DNA from: Monocercomonoides exilis PA203
Taxonomy: Eukaryota; Protista; Preaxostyla
Direction: 5' to 3'
Assembly (NCBI GenBank): GCA_001643675.2
Contig: LSRY02000057.1
Span: 434,001 to 498,000 of the forward strand
DNA length: 64,000 bases
Position numbers and translations under genes: made by a program. The notes beneath the pieces are model-generated. The model was not told the origin of the DNA. It saw only the letters and a program-made list of their open reading frames with translations, and searched no databases. Of this stretch, positions 23,277 through 36,700 are shown piece by piece; the first letter of the stretch is position 1; each line of letters begins with the position of its first letter.

Positions 23277-24776
23277 TCATTCAAAATGTCTGATTTGCAA
23301 TACTTTCTTTTTTTTGGGCTTTTCAGCTTCGAAAAGAATTTTTTCTTCGTTTTCTTTTTTCTTTTCTTTTCTTTTCATATCTTCTTTCATTTCCTTTTCT
23401 TTTTTCCATTCTTCAAGAAATTTTTGTTCAGTAATAATTTTTCCAAAAAAATCAAACCTATTTGTTCTCTTTTTCAGTGTCACTGAAGGTTCCTTTGGAA
23501 GTGTTGATAGTACTAAATGCCACTCGTTTGAAAGCACGCCGCTTTTCTTGAACGAGGAAACAACAGTTACTGGAAGCAGTGCAGTCTGAAGAGCTTGTGG
23601 AAGAACATTGGAGAGAAATGGAAGAATTCGGAGGCACAGAGTACAGAGAGTTGATGCATTTCTTGAAGACTGCAAACACACCACAATCAAGAGGTTGTGT
23701 GATGTGTGAGCTGTGAGGAATAAAAGTGACGACGTCAATGTTGTTATCAGCAAATTTCTGCCATATGTCAGGCTGAGCCCGAGAAGAGTGAGAATCCAAA
23801 AGAAGAAGACATCTCTCGTTGGTTTTCATTAATATTTTCCTTCTTTCGATGATTCCAGTTAATAAAACCTCTTCTGCGTATCTTTGAAATATGCTTTCCG
23901 TCATCCATCCATCGTTGTTATCCCAAACATCAATGAATGCGCTCAGAAGAACTCGCATTTCCTTTGGCAATTTGTGGCATGGCCACAATACAACGCTTTT
24001 GAGAGGATATCCATCTGCAGCAGCTGCGACAACCAAAGTGGCATTTGGCATGTTTGTGGGTGTTGTATGAAATCCAGCTGGTACTCCTGAAGGGTGAATC
24101 ATTAGAGTTTTGAAGTAATCAGATTTGCGAAGTGATTATTCATCAGTGTTAAAGATTAAAGAAGGTGAATAATGATGAGGATTGTGAAGATTTTGTAGAA
24201 GCTCGTAGAAAGGAAGAAGAGCTTGTTGATTGGATACTGAGAGACGTTGGATATCCACATTTCTGGGCATGGACGCTTTGAGCTCAGAATTCCTTTTTGC
24301 AAATAGATATGGATATGATTTGGACACACTGGTGTTTTCATCAACATCAGTTTCTGATCGTCTTTTTTTTGTCGGAAAGGACGTATTCTATCTGAAAAAT
24401 ATTTATTATAAAAAACGAAAGATAAATGAATGTATAATCAAACTAATTCTCTTGTTCTCTTTGCATTTAAACTTGTTCCGGATAAACTTTCGATTTTAAT
24501 AACTCCAACAATAATGTTTTTGTCCTCTTCATTGAATAGTTCTGGCCTGCCAGGTTTTGCAACAGCTCTGCCGCTTTCAATTACTGAAACTGCTCTGATT
24601 ACTGCTGAACGCGAGAATTCTTTAGAATTTATTGAGTCAACAATTCGAACATGTCCTTCAACAACTGTGCGCGCCATGAATTCAAATCGATTTTCAATTC
24701 TTCGATTTTCAAATGACATCATTTTTTCTCGAAGAATTAACTGTCCACGTTCTCTTTTGGTTTTCACAACACTCAT
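23277..24776 (-). pseudogene. DDE_1-family transposase pseudogene with one intron
   Basis: Motifs IFNTDE, GWMT...F, LLLLDSHSS and HSSHITQPLDCGVF, with 35 residues between the 2nd and 3rd Asp. GT-AG intron ~24392-24443. Frameshift in the A8 run at ~24366, an in-frame TAA immediately after NTDE (24136-38), and a further 3' frameshift. Confidence 0.85.
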
Positions 24777-24899
24777 TAAAAAAATATTCTGGTAATGATC
24801 TTTTTTTATTTTTATTAAAAAATAATTTTTGAAACGAAAAAAATCAAAAAAAAAAAAATATTTTCTATTTAACTTTAACTTAGACAGCCCATTTGTTAT

Positions 24900-25006
24900 T
24901 ACCTAATCTCTTCAGTGGAGGCACTAATCAGAGATGGAGGAGCTAACCCCCCCTATCTCTCTCTCTTTCTCTTTCTCTCTCTCTCTCTCCCATCAGAGAT
25001 TAGGTA
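24900..25006. mobile_element. Putative ~105 bp mini inverted-repeat element nested in the transposon 5' region
   Basis: TACCTAATCTCT (24900-24911) and AGAGATTAGGTA (24995-25006) form a perfect 12-bp inverted repeat that includes the terminal TA. The interior is GC-richer than the flanks and contains a CT microsatellite. Confidence 0.5.
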
Positions 25007-25295
25007 TAGTAATTTAAACTAGAATTTCAGTCACGAAATTTTCGTTATATACTGAAAACAATAAGAAAAATATAAAAAGTGGGTTGATTAAACTTATTAT
25101 CAAAAAAAAAGTCCGGGTTTTTAAAAAAGTTCGGGTTAATAAATCACCCTATATTCTTTTTCTTTTTTCTAAGAAATTTTAACAGAATTATTAGCTGATG
25201 AGAAAATTTTTTATTTTTATGTAATGTCAGTTTCAACTCATAATTTTTTTCAAAAATCGAACCTCATAAGGAATTCAAGTTTTGAATTCAAAAGA

Positions 25296-26040
25296 TCAAT
25301 GAGTATGATAAACAATTAAAGGAACAAGCATTTCTTCATTGTCGCATCCAGAATGTGTCGAAACATAAGTGTGATGCCCCCAAGTGAACCGGCTATTCTC
25401 TTCAAATCGAACGAATGAATGAAAACGAAAATTCAAACAATAGCAAAAACAATTTTTACACATTCATTTCAGAAGAATCATCACAGTTATTATTTTCATG
25501 ATAGTTAAAAAAACAAACTTCGAGGAAGAAGAATCCAATCTCCAACAGATTCTCTTGCAAGTGAGCAGAGTGGAGTAGGTCCAAACAGTCGAAAGTCTTC
25601 AGCATCTTCTGGAGATATAAGAATAAAACGCTAAAATTTATAAAAGATCAATTTGTAATATTCGTAAATTTTTATTTATGTGAATCCATTAAGAGAATTT
25701 ATTTTCTTTTTATGGGTGTAAAAAATGGATTGCACATACGTCACCAAAAACTTGCTCGAAAAGCTCCTTAAATTTGTATTTCATTCCATCTTTGCAGTGG
25801 AAAAAGGCACATCTCCTATCTCCAGCTTGGTGATCTTTTGTGAATAACATACTTTTCATTTCACGGATACGCGTTTTATGTGCTTTTATTTCTTTGTCTG
25901 TAAGCATTGATGATAAAAGAAGTGAGGACTGAAGTTCTTGACTTTCATCATTGCTTAAATGAAAATCAACAGATCGATTGAGTGAAGATAATTCAGAAGA
26001 AAAGATTAATTCAGAATGATTTAACTTTGAAGAAGATGGA

Positions 26041-26107
<67 letters not shown>

Positions 26108-27559
26108 GAAAATATACGTCCATTGATGGAGATTTATTTTCATTGATTTTAACTTTTGATGTTGATTGATTTTCTGAAGGTACAAGTTTTGGCCAATCCC
26201 AATCAACATGATGAGAGAACGGTGCAGGAATATGACCATGGTCAGCTGTTACGATTATGCTAAGTTGGATAAAATTGAAACATGGAAAAAAATTTTAATG
26301 ATTAAATACAATAATTTTGTATTTATAAAAATGAATACAATAAAAGCAACATTCAAAAATAGAACAACAGAGTAAAGAAAATTTGTATGTTCTCATGCAA
26401 ACGTTGTGTTTTTCATCGTTTCTGAGAGTTTTGTGAGTGTGTGTTCTAAAAGAAGTAGATCTTCTCGAACAATTTCTGAATCTTGAGTTTCATGATGAGA
26501 ATCAAGATCGATCTGTCCCCAATAAACATCAATTAGCATAGTATTTGAATGAAATGTATCTGATATTATCTGTTTACAATCAGCAGGTTTATCGGAATCA
26601 ATTTCTGATTTTGAAGAATCTGATATTTGTGAAATATCTTTTAAGGTCGGTTCAACAATTTCAGTTTGTTTGACCTTAACATTTTGAGGACATAATTGTT
26701 CAATGATATTAACAACTTCTCCAAAAGAGCTGAATTCATGGAACGAAGGTTGGGCGTAAAAGATTCCGCATGAGAGATTTTTTGTTGCGCTGTCAGAATT
26801 TGGTTCAACATCCGAAGATAATGTTGAAGTGGAAGAACAGAACAAGCTTTCATCATCAAATTTTTTCTTCTCAGAAATTTTATGGTATCCAATCTGGGGG
26901 TTGAACACATCTTGAGGAGTTATGTAGGCAGTTGAATCAGGAAGGATGTTATAATGCTGCCAAATTTCTTCGTCCAATATTCCAAGTTCCTTACAATCAG
27001 TAACAAAACCAAAAATATGCACATAATACGTACCAAGCAAAAATAAACAAATGGACAAACATTGCAACTCTTTTTTGATCTAAAATCTGACATTGTGAAA
27101 GGCTGAATGAGCCGGTCATGCTTTTTGAGATATGTTCTTCCAAGTATCCCATGTTCTGATGGATACAATCCTGTATAAAACGATGTTAAACAACTTGTTG
27201 TAGTAGAAGGAAAGACTTCACATTAAATAGAATTAGTATAACTTTAAATTAAAAAAGAAACTTGCTCTGCATTGCTTTTTAAAATTTGTTCGAAGAAAAG
27301 ACGATTCAGGAAGTGTTTTGAGGAGACTCATCCCCAACGCATCCACTAGTATAAAAATGAAAAGTTGAGGAACATCTAAGTTTGCTTGCTCATTTGAAAA
27401 TAATTGTGATAATTCTTCAATCTTTGCATTATGAATGGTATTTGAATGGTTGATTTTCGAAACGATAGCATGTGAAATATCTACTAAAGTCGGTAATGAA
27501 TAATCATTTGGGGCAAATCCATCCCCAACAATTTCATCTAATAAATCCACTTTTCTCAT
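25296..27559 (-). CDS. Alkaline-phosphatase-superfamily protein (type I phosphodiesterase/nucleotide pyrophosphatase or PglZ-like), spliced
   Basis: Manual splicing over five GT-AG introns (~27217-61, ~26990-27060, ~26261-26403, ~25631-25739, ~25401-25519) restores VDALG, IFPSTTTSCLTSFYTGLYPSEHGILG, DLDSHHE, IIVTADHG and THSGCDNEEMLVP. TGA at 25296-98. Confidence 0.85.
26038..26106. repeat. (GAT)n/(TCA)n trinucleotide tract encoding poly-Ser inside the phosphodiesterase gene
   Basis: About 22 consecutive GAT units. Confidence 0.95.
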
Positions 27560-27738
27560 TATAAGAAATAAATTTTGGGATAATTATTCCTTGCACTTAC
27601 AGCTATGCTCAAAACAAAACAAAACAAAAAAAATTAATATTAAACAATCAAAAACATTTTAAACAAGCCCGGACTAAAATTGTACGTAACAAAAATTAAA
27701 AACGAAATAATTATTAACTTAAAAAAATATTTAAATTT

Positions 27739-30700
27739 TCATTTAGCTTGTGAAAAAAAATCTTTGTAATAATCTGCAATATCAATTTCGGATTTAGTGC
27801 CTTGAATGACACGAGATATTGCAAGTAATCGAGAAGAAAATGGGTCAAACAATGAAGATGCTTCACTTTTTATTTGCGGGAAATTGAAGTCATTAATGAT
27901 TGCAACAAGAACAGACAAAGGAAGCAAAGGAAGTGGGACAATAGACGAAGGGAACAAAGGTGTGGAAAGCATGTGCGAATGGAAAATGGTCTGCGGAAGG
28001 TAGTCCAATGTTGAGAATGCAGAAGAAATGCTAGAAGCAGCTGAAGAAAATGAAGATGAATTCAAAGAATGAGGGGCTTGAGGTTGATGAAGAGATGTCA
28101 AATCAAGAGGAGAAGAAAATATAAATGAGGGAGCAGAAGCATTCGATGGAGACATCGATTGAAGAGTAATGACTGAACCATCTGAATTTGGTTGAGCTGG
28201 CTTTGTGCAAACAAATGGCGCGGAAGGTTGTGATAGCGAATTCAACAAACGGTCTGTTGATGAAGAGCAATTGTTTTCTAAATCTTTCTCGTTTATTCTG
28301 TCTTCTCTCTTCCATTTCTCACTCAGCCACCATATTCTTCTTCTCCTTTCCTTCTCAAACTCTATTTGATTGTTCATGTTCATCAGTTTGCGATGCATCA
28401 GATTTATGAATACGCAATGGGCTTCATCATCGTTTGCAATTCGACGAATCCACCAATCTTCAGTTTCAATTCCATTCTTTTTGTACTCTGTTCTTGCAAG
28501 ACTGGACAAAGCTTTTCCTCTTGCTGTGCCATATCCATGCTTTCCTTCAATAATCTTCTTTTTATTCTCATTCCATCGCTCCTGCAACAAAGAAAGTCGA
28601 GTCTCAATCTTCCTGTTTCGCTCGCTTCGATGCTCGATTTGTATCCTATACATCGGATGGAAGTGTTGATTGCCATCGGTAAAGGACAAAGGCTGTGGAT
28701 GAATAACAATCACTGTGCTAAATCCTAACAGATCAAATAGCAATGATGCAAAAGAGGAAGAAAATGTGGTATTCAGCGAAAGATTATCAAAATCCAGTGG
28801 TGATGGTTTTGATGGAAGGGATGAAAACACTGAAGAATGGTGATAGAACTGATCAAAAACGATAAATGGTTCAGAATACTCCCACCAAACAACACATACG
28901 CTTGCAGATGGAGAGCAAAGAACTGGAAGAAGAGAAGAGATGTCTGGCTCTGGGAATAATAAGTATTTTGATGAAAGAGAAAGAGAAGAAGTCGAAGGAA
29001 AGCTTTCTGTTGGTACATCACTTGCTGAAAATGATTCAGGTGTTTCAATTATGAGTTGCGATTGATGAGATAGGAAAGGAGCCACATGAAATAGAACTTC
29101 GTGAAGCGGAGTTATAAATGCAATTCTTGATTCAAATGAAACTCCTTTTATAAGTTTTTGATTTGATTCATCGCTTTCTCTTTCTTCACATTCTTTTGCT
29201 ATTTTCTGTTGATTCACATATTTCTCTCTGTTGTGGATAGACTCCTTCATCAGCTTTCCTTTATCATCAAATACCACATTCTTCGTCTGCTTCATTTCCC
29301 ATCCCATTCCTCGCACAAACCATGCAAACTCCTTTGTGGGCGTCTTTTCTTCCATCACAGCACGCAGTTCAGCCAGTGATTCAGGATCAACACCAAAGAG
29401 ATATCCATAAATAATATTCAGAGATGCGTACAACTGATCACGAGCTGAATTTACTGAAGAAGAGTTGGACGAACTTCCATTTGAATTATTCTCTTCTGAA
29501 ACGCTTTTTGTATGTGTTAAATCTGCACCGAAAGATTTTTTGGTTTTTTTAGTATTGTCGCGATAATTCATTCTTCCTCTTTTAATCGTATCTTTCCCAA
29601 CGAAAAACACAGCCACTTCGTCTCTTTTCTTCAGATTTAGCGTATCCAAAAATGTTAGAATATCTTCCAAAGAATCGACAAATTGATTATTTGAATCTGT
29701 TTTTGTTGTTTTAGTTGTTGATAAGCCATCACAAACATCTGCTTTCGAAGGTTTCGAAGAAATCTCTGATGATTTCAATGTTAATGCGGATGCCTGAGAA
29801 GGATATCTTTCTTCCAAAGCAATATTTGAAATATTATTTTTCTCAAACTTTCTCTTTTGCTCATCAATTCTTTTCTTCACAATTTTTCTATTCAACCTTG
29901 TCAATGAAGATGTGAACAAAGGATTAACAAGGCAAAGCTCGCTTATCAGTTTTCGTGTAGAAGAAAGATATAAATGTGTCTGATAATCAAACAAACGATG
30001 AAACGCATGCATAGGCTTTTTAATTGAATACTCGATTGTTGAATTAGACGGAACAGAAGGTGAGTGAACCTGCAATTGAATTTGTTCGTCATTTGATGAA
30101 ATGAAGCGATTTGGAAAAAGTTGCGATTGATAATGTTGAGAAGGAGAGGATTGATCTTTTAAAAGCAATTCACCTTGTTTAATTGTTGTAGGTTGGATCT
30201 TTTCGACATCTTCTTTCTCAAATTCTGTTTCATTCTTGAAGTTTATTGAGTGAGCTGTTTCGTAGCTATTCTCTTTATCAAAAGATGTTTCTTTATCATT
30301 TAATATAACGTTTTCTTTCCCGCTATTTTCATCTGCAATTTCAGCTAATTTTACATCATCCGTCTCACTTTCATCAGTGTCTTCGTTTGATGACAACGAG
30401 GAAATTGATTCTTGTTCCTCTGTATCGCTATCTTTTGAGTCATTTTCGCATAAATCTGATTTGTTGGTATCTTTCTCAGCAATTTCAGCAAAACAATCGG
30501 CTCCACTTTGGACTTCTGCTGGCAATTTTTCCATTCCATAATTTTTCCTCTCGCGTTCAATTTCTGCCTCCATTCTTTCGATTTCTTCTTCTTGTTGTTT
30601 GAATGCTTCCTCGATTAATCTTCTCTTCTCTCTCACTGTCTTCTTTTTCGACAATGGAAATGGCACTTCAATGTCGAGTGTTTCATCCATTGAAACAAGA

Positions 30701-33700
30701 AGCGTTTGGAGATTTCCATAAGCCCCCCGCAGATTTTGTGGTGTTTCGTGCTTTGAAGGAAGTTCTGTTGATATCATGTTTTCATAATTTTCGCAATTCT
30801 CTTCCATGTCTTTATCATTCATCTTTTCTTGTTCACTCAACGTAATGTGAGGTTTTTCAGCCATGGAATTTGTTGCTGCATTTGAAAATGATCGAGCAAT
30901 TTCATCAAATAAAGGCATGTCTCTAAAATGTTGGAGACATTTTGTCTCCATTGTTTTATCTGTTGAAAAGTTTGATGCTTCGATTTCTTTTTCATCTTTG
31001 TTTATTTGATATTCATCAGGTTGAATCATTTGATTTCCATTAGAATCATATCTGTCTTTCTCATTACTGGAAGCATCAAAGCCATCTTCATCCTTCTTTT
31101 CGATGTACTCTGCAACTTTTTCAGGGCATTTTTCAATTGTCTCTTGCCATTGCAATTCGCTCTCTCTCACACGATTGATTCGGCTTTCCCAATCTTCGTC
31201 ATGTTGCTGCCTTAGCATCTCTTGATATGCCATTCTTTCATCGTATCTCCTTTTTGCTTCCTCTTCTTCTTCTTTTTTTCTTTCCTTCTCTTTTATTCTC
31301 ATCAACCGTCGATTCTTTTTGTTTCTACGTTCAGTTTTCAATGCTTTATTTGCACGTTTTCTGTGTTTGTCTTCTTCACTTTCCACATCCTTTCTAATAC
31401 TCCTTTTCATTTGCATTATATCTTCGTGAATTGATAACATGCAATCGAACATTATTGGTTTTGCGTTTGGCTTCTTTTCAGTTGAAGCTAAAGATTGTGA
31501 ACGAAGATCTGTTGATGACAAAGGCTCAGGAGAATTTAATGAATCTGACTGACAACGATCAGTTATTTCAATTGTGTCATTCACATTTAACTGATTACCA
31601 CTTCCTTTTCCTTCGCATTCGGTTAATTTACCATCATTTTCCTCCAAAGAATCGTTAGAGAAAACCTCGATTTGCTTTTTCAATTGCAGCTGAAGCGTTA
31701 ATGCTTCAGTAGATGCCTTTAATTCTGGAGGAAGATTGAAAGCTTCATGTTCACTTGCTGAATCAAGTTCACTTGAAGCAATACTTTCATCTTGTCCATA
31801 TCCATTTATTTCTGAAACTTTTACAATATTCTCAGTGATTTTTGATTCGGATTTTTGAGGGAGATTTGCCTTTGAAGGGGAAATCCTTGAGACAGATGAC
31901 ACAGTTGGAGTTTCATGCCTAATTGTTGCAGGGTTGTCAAAGTTCACAGGAGAGAAATCCCAGGCATGTCTTCCAGCAACATCTCTTATTATCAATCGAG
32001 TAACATGCCGCTGTTTTTTCGTTTTTTCGTTTTTAATATTATTGTCTAATAAAGAAGCATTTTCATCAAATACCAAATCAGAAACGGATATGATTGATTC
32101 ATCTCCCAAAGAAAAGTGCAAAGTTCTGAGAACTTTTGACGGGTTGCCCGAAAGTGTAGAACGGGCAGAGCTTGAGAGATAGGATTTGCTATCCATTCCA
32201 AACGAAAACAAGCCAAACGGCCTCCTTTCGCTCAGATTGGTGAACGGATCATCATCAAAGCGAAGCATTTGTTGTGAAGGATAAAAAAGCAGAGGGATAG
32301 AAATCGCATCAAGTCCATCATCAAATGTATAATGTTTGTTCAAACTGTTTGAATACAGCATAATCCTTGCAGCCTGCTCAGAAGGAGAGTCTTGTGAATT
32401 TAATGAATTTTCTTGTTCGCTTTTGTTAATTTCATTCTCTTCATTCAAATTATCCAATGTTGTCGGATGCAAATATCCGCATCCACTTCCATTCCACACG
32501 TTCTCACTGTCATTTGTTGCGGAACTGTTCCACTCTTTTGCCCTGCTCATCGCAACAGTCATGAGCATCCTGCTCAGAAGAGAAATCGAACGGTCGATTG
32601 AATCACCAAGCTGGATGAGCTGCGTAGAAGGATGGTTCATCTTTTCATAAAGCTGATATCGATTGAGTGATGAAGACAACAAGAAATCAGTGGAAATAGA
32701 TTGTGATTGAATATGATGTGACAAAGAGGAATTTTGAGAAAATTCTTGAGAATTTGCATATTCTGATTCGTTTTTGTATTCATTATTTAACTCTTTGTCT
32801 AAATTTATTTCTCTTTCCTGCAAAGGTTTTTGCAGAACATTTGCTTGCGTTGAATTCTCTTGTTCATCATCATCTTTTACATCAGATGATGAAAACGGTG
32901 AAGTAATAAAATCTCTAGCTCGATCATCGCTTTGCTCTTCAGAATCATTTACAGTTACAGAAATTACAGAATTTTCATCAGCCCCATCGACTGTTGAGAA
33001 ATGAGTGGCAGTTACAATATTTCCTTCAGTTGTTTCATTCTTTTGCAAAGGAATGCAATTATTTTCAATCATTTGTTCATCTACAGATTTGGCATGCTCC
33101 TTCATGTCATTTCCACGTAATTGCATCTCATCCAGATTTGAAGTGTCTATTTCATTGCCGACAGATATTTTCTCAAAGTCAGCTGACAAAGAAGACTCAT
33201 CACGGATAGGCGAATCGCTTTTATCAACAGGCCAAAAAGAAGATGATTGATCGGTTGTTGGAGAACCTTCATTCGTTGGAGATTGTTGGGTTTCAGAGGA
33301 TTGCAAGTCGGTTTCTGCAGAAAAAGTTACCTCGCTCGAATTGTTTCTCTTATGTGCTATTTCAGAGATCTGTGATTGTAAATGCGATTGGTCAGCATTT
33401 GTGGATGTTTTGTTGATTAATAATGAAGCTAACTCTTCTTGTTTGAGAAGACTTTCAGGTTCGTCTGAAATAGCAGAAGTTAACTGGATATCAGAAAACG
33501 GAGCTGCTGAAAGCTTCATTGGAAGAGGACGTTGTGAGCTGTTCTCAATCCCTGCTTGCCTCGTCTGAATCAGTGCATTCGATCGATGAAGATTAGAAAG
33601 TGTGGGTGGAGGCGGAGTTGGTTCTAACCCATCTTCTGATTGTGAAGTTGACATAACAGCATTTATCCCCTGCTCATCTTTCAAGCTGTGTCCCTTTTGT

Positions 33701-36700
33701 TTCGCTTCGTTTTCTGTAATTGCGAGAAAACCGGAATCAGTCAAAGAAGTCTGAGCAACATCAAGTAGGGAAGAAGGCGCTTGTGGAGAGGCCGATGCAG
33801 CATCATTTACAGAAGAATCACTTGCTTCAATATGAGAGGAAGACAATGTGTCAGAAAATGGGCTTGCTTTCACTTTCCGACTGAATGGCCTTGTGCCAAA
33901 CGTTGTCTCCTCATCAAAACTGAAAAAGTCGTCAAAAAGCATCAGCCTTTCCTTCACAATATCGTCGTCTTCGCTATTTTCAAGACGCAGACTATTAATC
34001 ATATCGCTAGAAAATCCCCTTGTCTTCAATGATTCTTTCAGTGCTTGCAATCTCTTTTTCTTGTGGTGTAATGCTTTTTCTCTGTCTCTTTGCCTCTTCT
34101 CTTTCCCAATTGCCATCACATTCCTTCTCTCTTCTATTGACACACATCTGTGGTAATCCAGCATCTTCGCCTCAACCTTCATTTCTCTGTCTTCATCTTC
34201 AATCACAGAAAACTTATCAAATCCTTCAAAATCAGTGAAAAATACATGTGAAAACGGAGAAAGCGAAGGATATCGAGAAGAAAGTGTTGGAGTGATGATA
34301 AAGGGAGACAAAGACGATGGATTAAAGCTTGAAGAAGGAAGAGAGTGAATCTGTGAAGCCAAAGAAGATGGGGAATTAGATGAGAATGGAGTTGAGAGCG
34401 TTGACAAAGCCAGCGATGAAGACAGGTTCATTCCAGAAGCGATGAACGGGGATGAAGGCGCGTGGAGAGGCGAGTATTTTGCATTGTCTGCAATGGCAAT
34501 GCCATTCAATGAGCGATATGAAACAGTCGGCAGATGATGAACTTGTGAGATGGCTGTGCTGGAAGCAGTGAGTGGTATAGCAGCGATTGGCAGTGCAGCC
34601 GAAGAGACGGAGGAAGACGAGGTGATTGCTGTGGATGCATTTGAAGGCAGCGCAACAGGCGAAACATCTGTTGTGCTCTGAGGAGAAATCAAGTTTGATG
34701 AATTGGAAGGAAATTGCGAAGATGGGTCGAAATATGGAGATGTTGAGGCTGTTGAGAAGGAAGAGTAGTTTGAAGGCGAAGGATAGCCTGGCTGCAATGG
34801 CTTGTTCTCCACGTTGGACAAAGACATCGCTTGCTCAAAGATCGCAAAAATAGGCTGTTAATATCAAAAATCAAAAAAAAAAAAAAAAAAAAAAAAAAAA
34901 TAAAAAAAAATAAAAATAAAAAAATAAAAAAATAACAACAAAAATGGAAAAAACATTTATTTTATTAATTGAATTTATATTTGAAATTAAACAAAAATTA
35001 AAAGTATGGCAAAGATAAATATAAAGTCAAAAAATAAAATAGCCAATCGCAGACCTTAATAAACTGCGGAGTCGCGCTCAGCTGTCTGCAGTTGACCAGC
35101 CACTCGCAGGCGCATCTGAGGAAAGCGCACACAATTTCACTCCGAGCACGCTTTGTCATTCCGACTGACACGACGCTCTTCATTGCAGAGTTGAGAGCCA
35201 TCATGATGCGGACACAGCGTGAAGGGTCGACTACAAGCAGGAAAGAGGAGAAGAAGGAGAGCTGGGTGAGTGCATTCACAACTGTCAGGGTAGTGAAGAT
35301 GTCCCTCAGCTCAATCGACTTCTGCAGAATGTCAAATAGTACAGGCATCACTTCACCTAAATCCAGAGGACTCACTTGCTCTGACTGAGAATACGAGGAA
35401 TCTGATTGGTCATTTGAGGAATAAGAAGAACTGAAAGAAGAAGATGTTGAATAAATTTTTGACTGTACGAATGTAGTTTGCTGATGTGTCATTTCTGTTC
35501 CTGGGATCTGTTTACAGTCAGCAGCAATGCTCTTCTCCAGCTGCGTCATCATTTCTCCCCATCTCTCTTCTTTTTCCTTCTCCTTCTCTTCCATCGTTCG
35601 GAGCACCAGTATGTTCATCAGGATGTTCATAACACCCTTCAGCACCAGAATTAGATGTTGTGTTCTGTTTGTTTTTGAGTGGGCTGCCATATACTCAAAT
35701 ATCTGCCTCTGTGTCTGATGCCACACACTTGATGGAATGGATGACTTGGATGCATTTGACATCATTGCAGAGGTTATACGGGAATCGTGAATGAACTGAC
35801 AGGAAGAAGGATCAGACGGATTCAATGGAGAAGAATGAAGTGAAGATTGTGGTTTGGGGGGAGGAGGAACAGGTGGCATAAATGGTGCAGTACTTTGTTG
35901 TTCAGAAGGAGAATTCTCCTTTGAAGAGGAAGAGGAAGTAGAAGGAGATGAATTGGAAGATGCATTTGATACAGTTTCTGAGGAGCAAGTGCTCACATTC
36001 ATCCACTGTGATAATCCTGTTGGGAGCATCATCGACATCATCGTCATCTCTCCATCTTCGTCGAGGCTGTGCAGCATCATCATAATCATCCTCTCCAACT
36101 CTGTTCTCTCCATCGCCTCGCCTTCATCCACCACCTTCCACACAACACTCTGCCCATCCTGTTCAGCTATTAAGCTTTCTTGTTCTTTCTTTGCCTGCAG
36201 CTCCGCTTCTCTCTCCCTCCTCTTCCAAAACAGCACATTCAGTCTTTCCTTCATCTTGTCTCTTTTCTCGCTCTTCCTCGCATTCCATCCGTTCCACCCG
36301 CACACTCCACAGACAGACACCATCGTCTCCAGTGCGATCAGCCTTGTTGACGAATGGAAGTAAATGAACTCCTTTTGGCACTCTGCAAAAGAGGGGAGGA
36401 TGCTCAGAGTGAATGGCAGGTGCCTCTGAAACAGTGGACGAATGAATGGGATGATGTATTCGACACAGCGAAAGTTGCGTGTTCTGAAGGGCTGCGAAAT
36501 GCAGTTGAGAGAGCGAGACAAATATTGGATGTTCAATGGCACCTGCTGCGGACGGGCAAGAAGACGGATGATGATAATAAGCGAGAGAGCACAGGAGTTT
36601 GTGTAGCTGATGTGAAATAGAATGAACAAAAATGATAAGAGAATGCAATTAATTACATAAGAATTTAATTTGCAGAATATAAACATTTTAAGCGAAATCA

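Larger units (their letters stand above)
23097..25149 (-). mobile_element. pogo/Fot1-like (DD35D) DNA transposon, ~2.05 kb, decayed
   Basis: 24-bp TIRs GGGTGATTTATGTACCTGGACTTT and GGGTGATTTATTAACCCGAACTTT (20/24 match). TA flanks at 23095-96 and 25150-51. Internal transposase motifs. Confidence 0.88.

Noticed and set aside
24136-24138. In-frame TAA in the transposase as evidence for TAR=Gln recoding
   Set aside because: TAA ends the SERF and cyclin genes at plausible positions, and multi-kb Gln-rich ORFs contain no TAA/TAG. The standard code applies, so this is a nonsense mutation.
26021-26239. Poly-His ORF suggesting a metal-binding protein
   Set aside because: Alternate frame of the poly-Ser (TCA)n tract in the phosphodiesterase exon.
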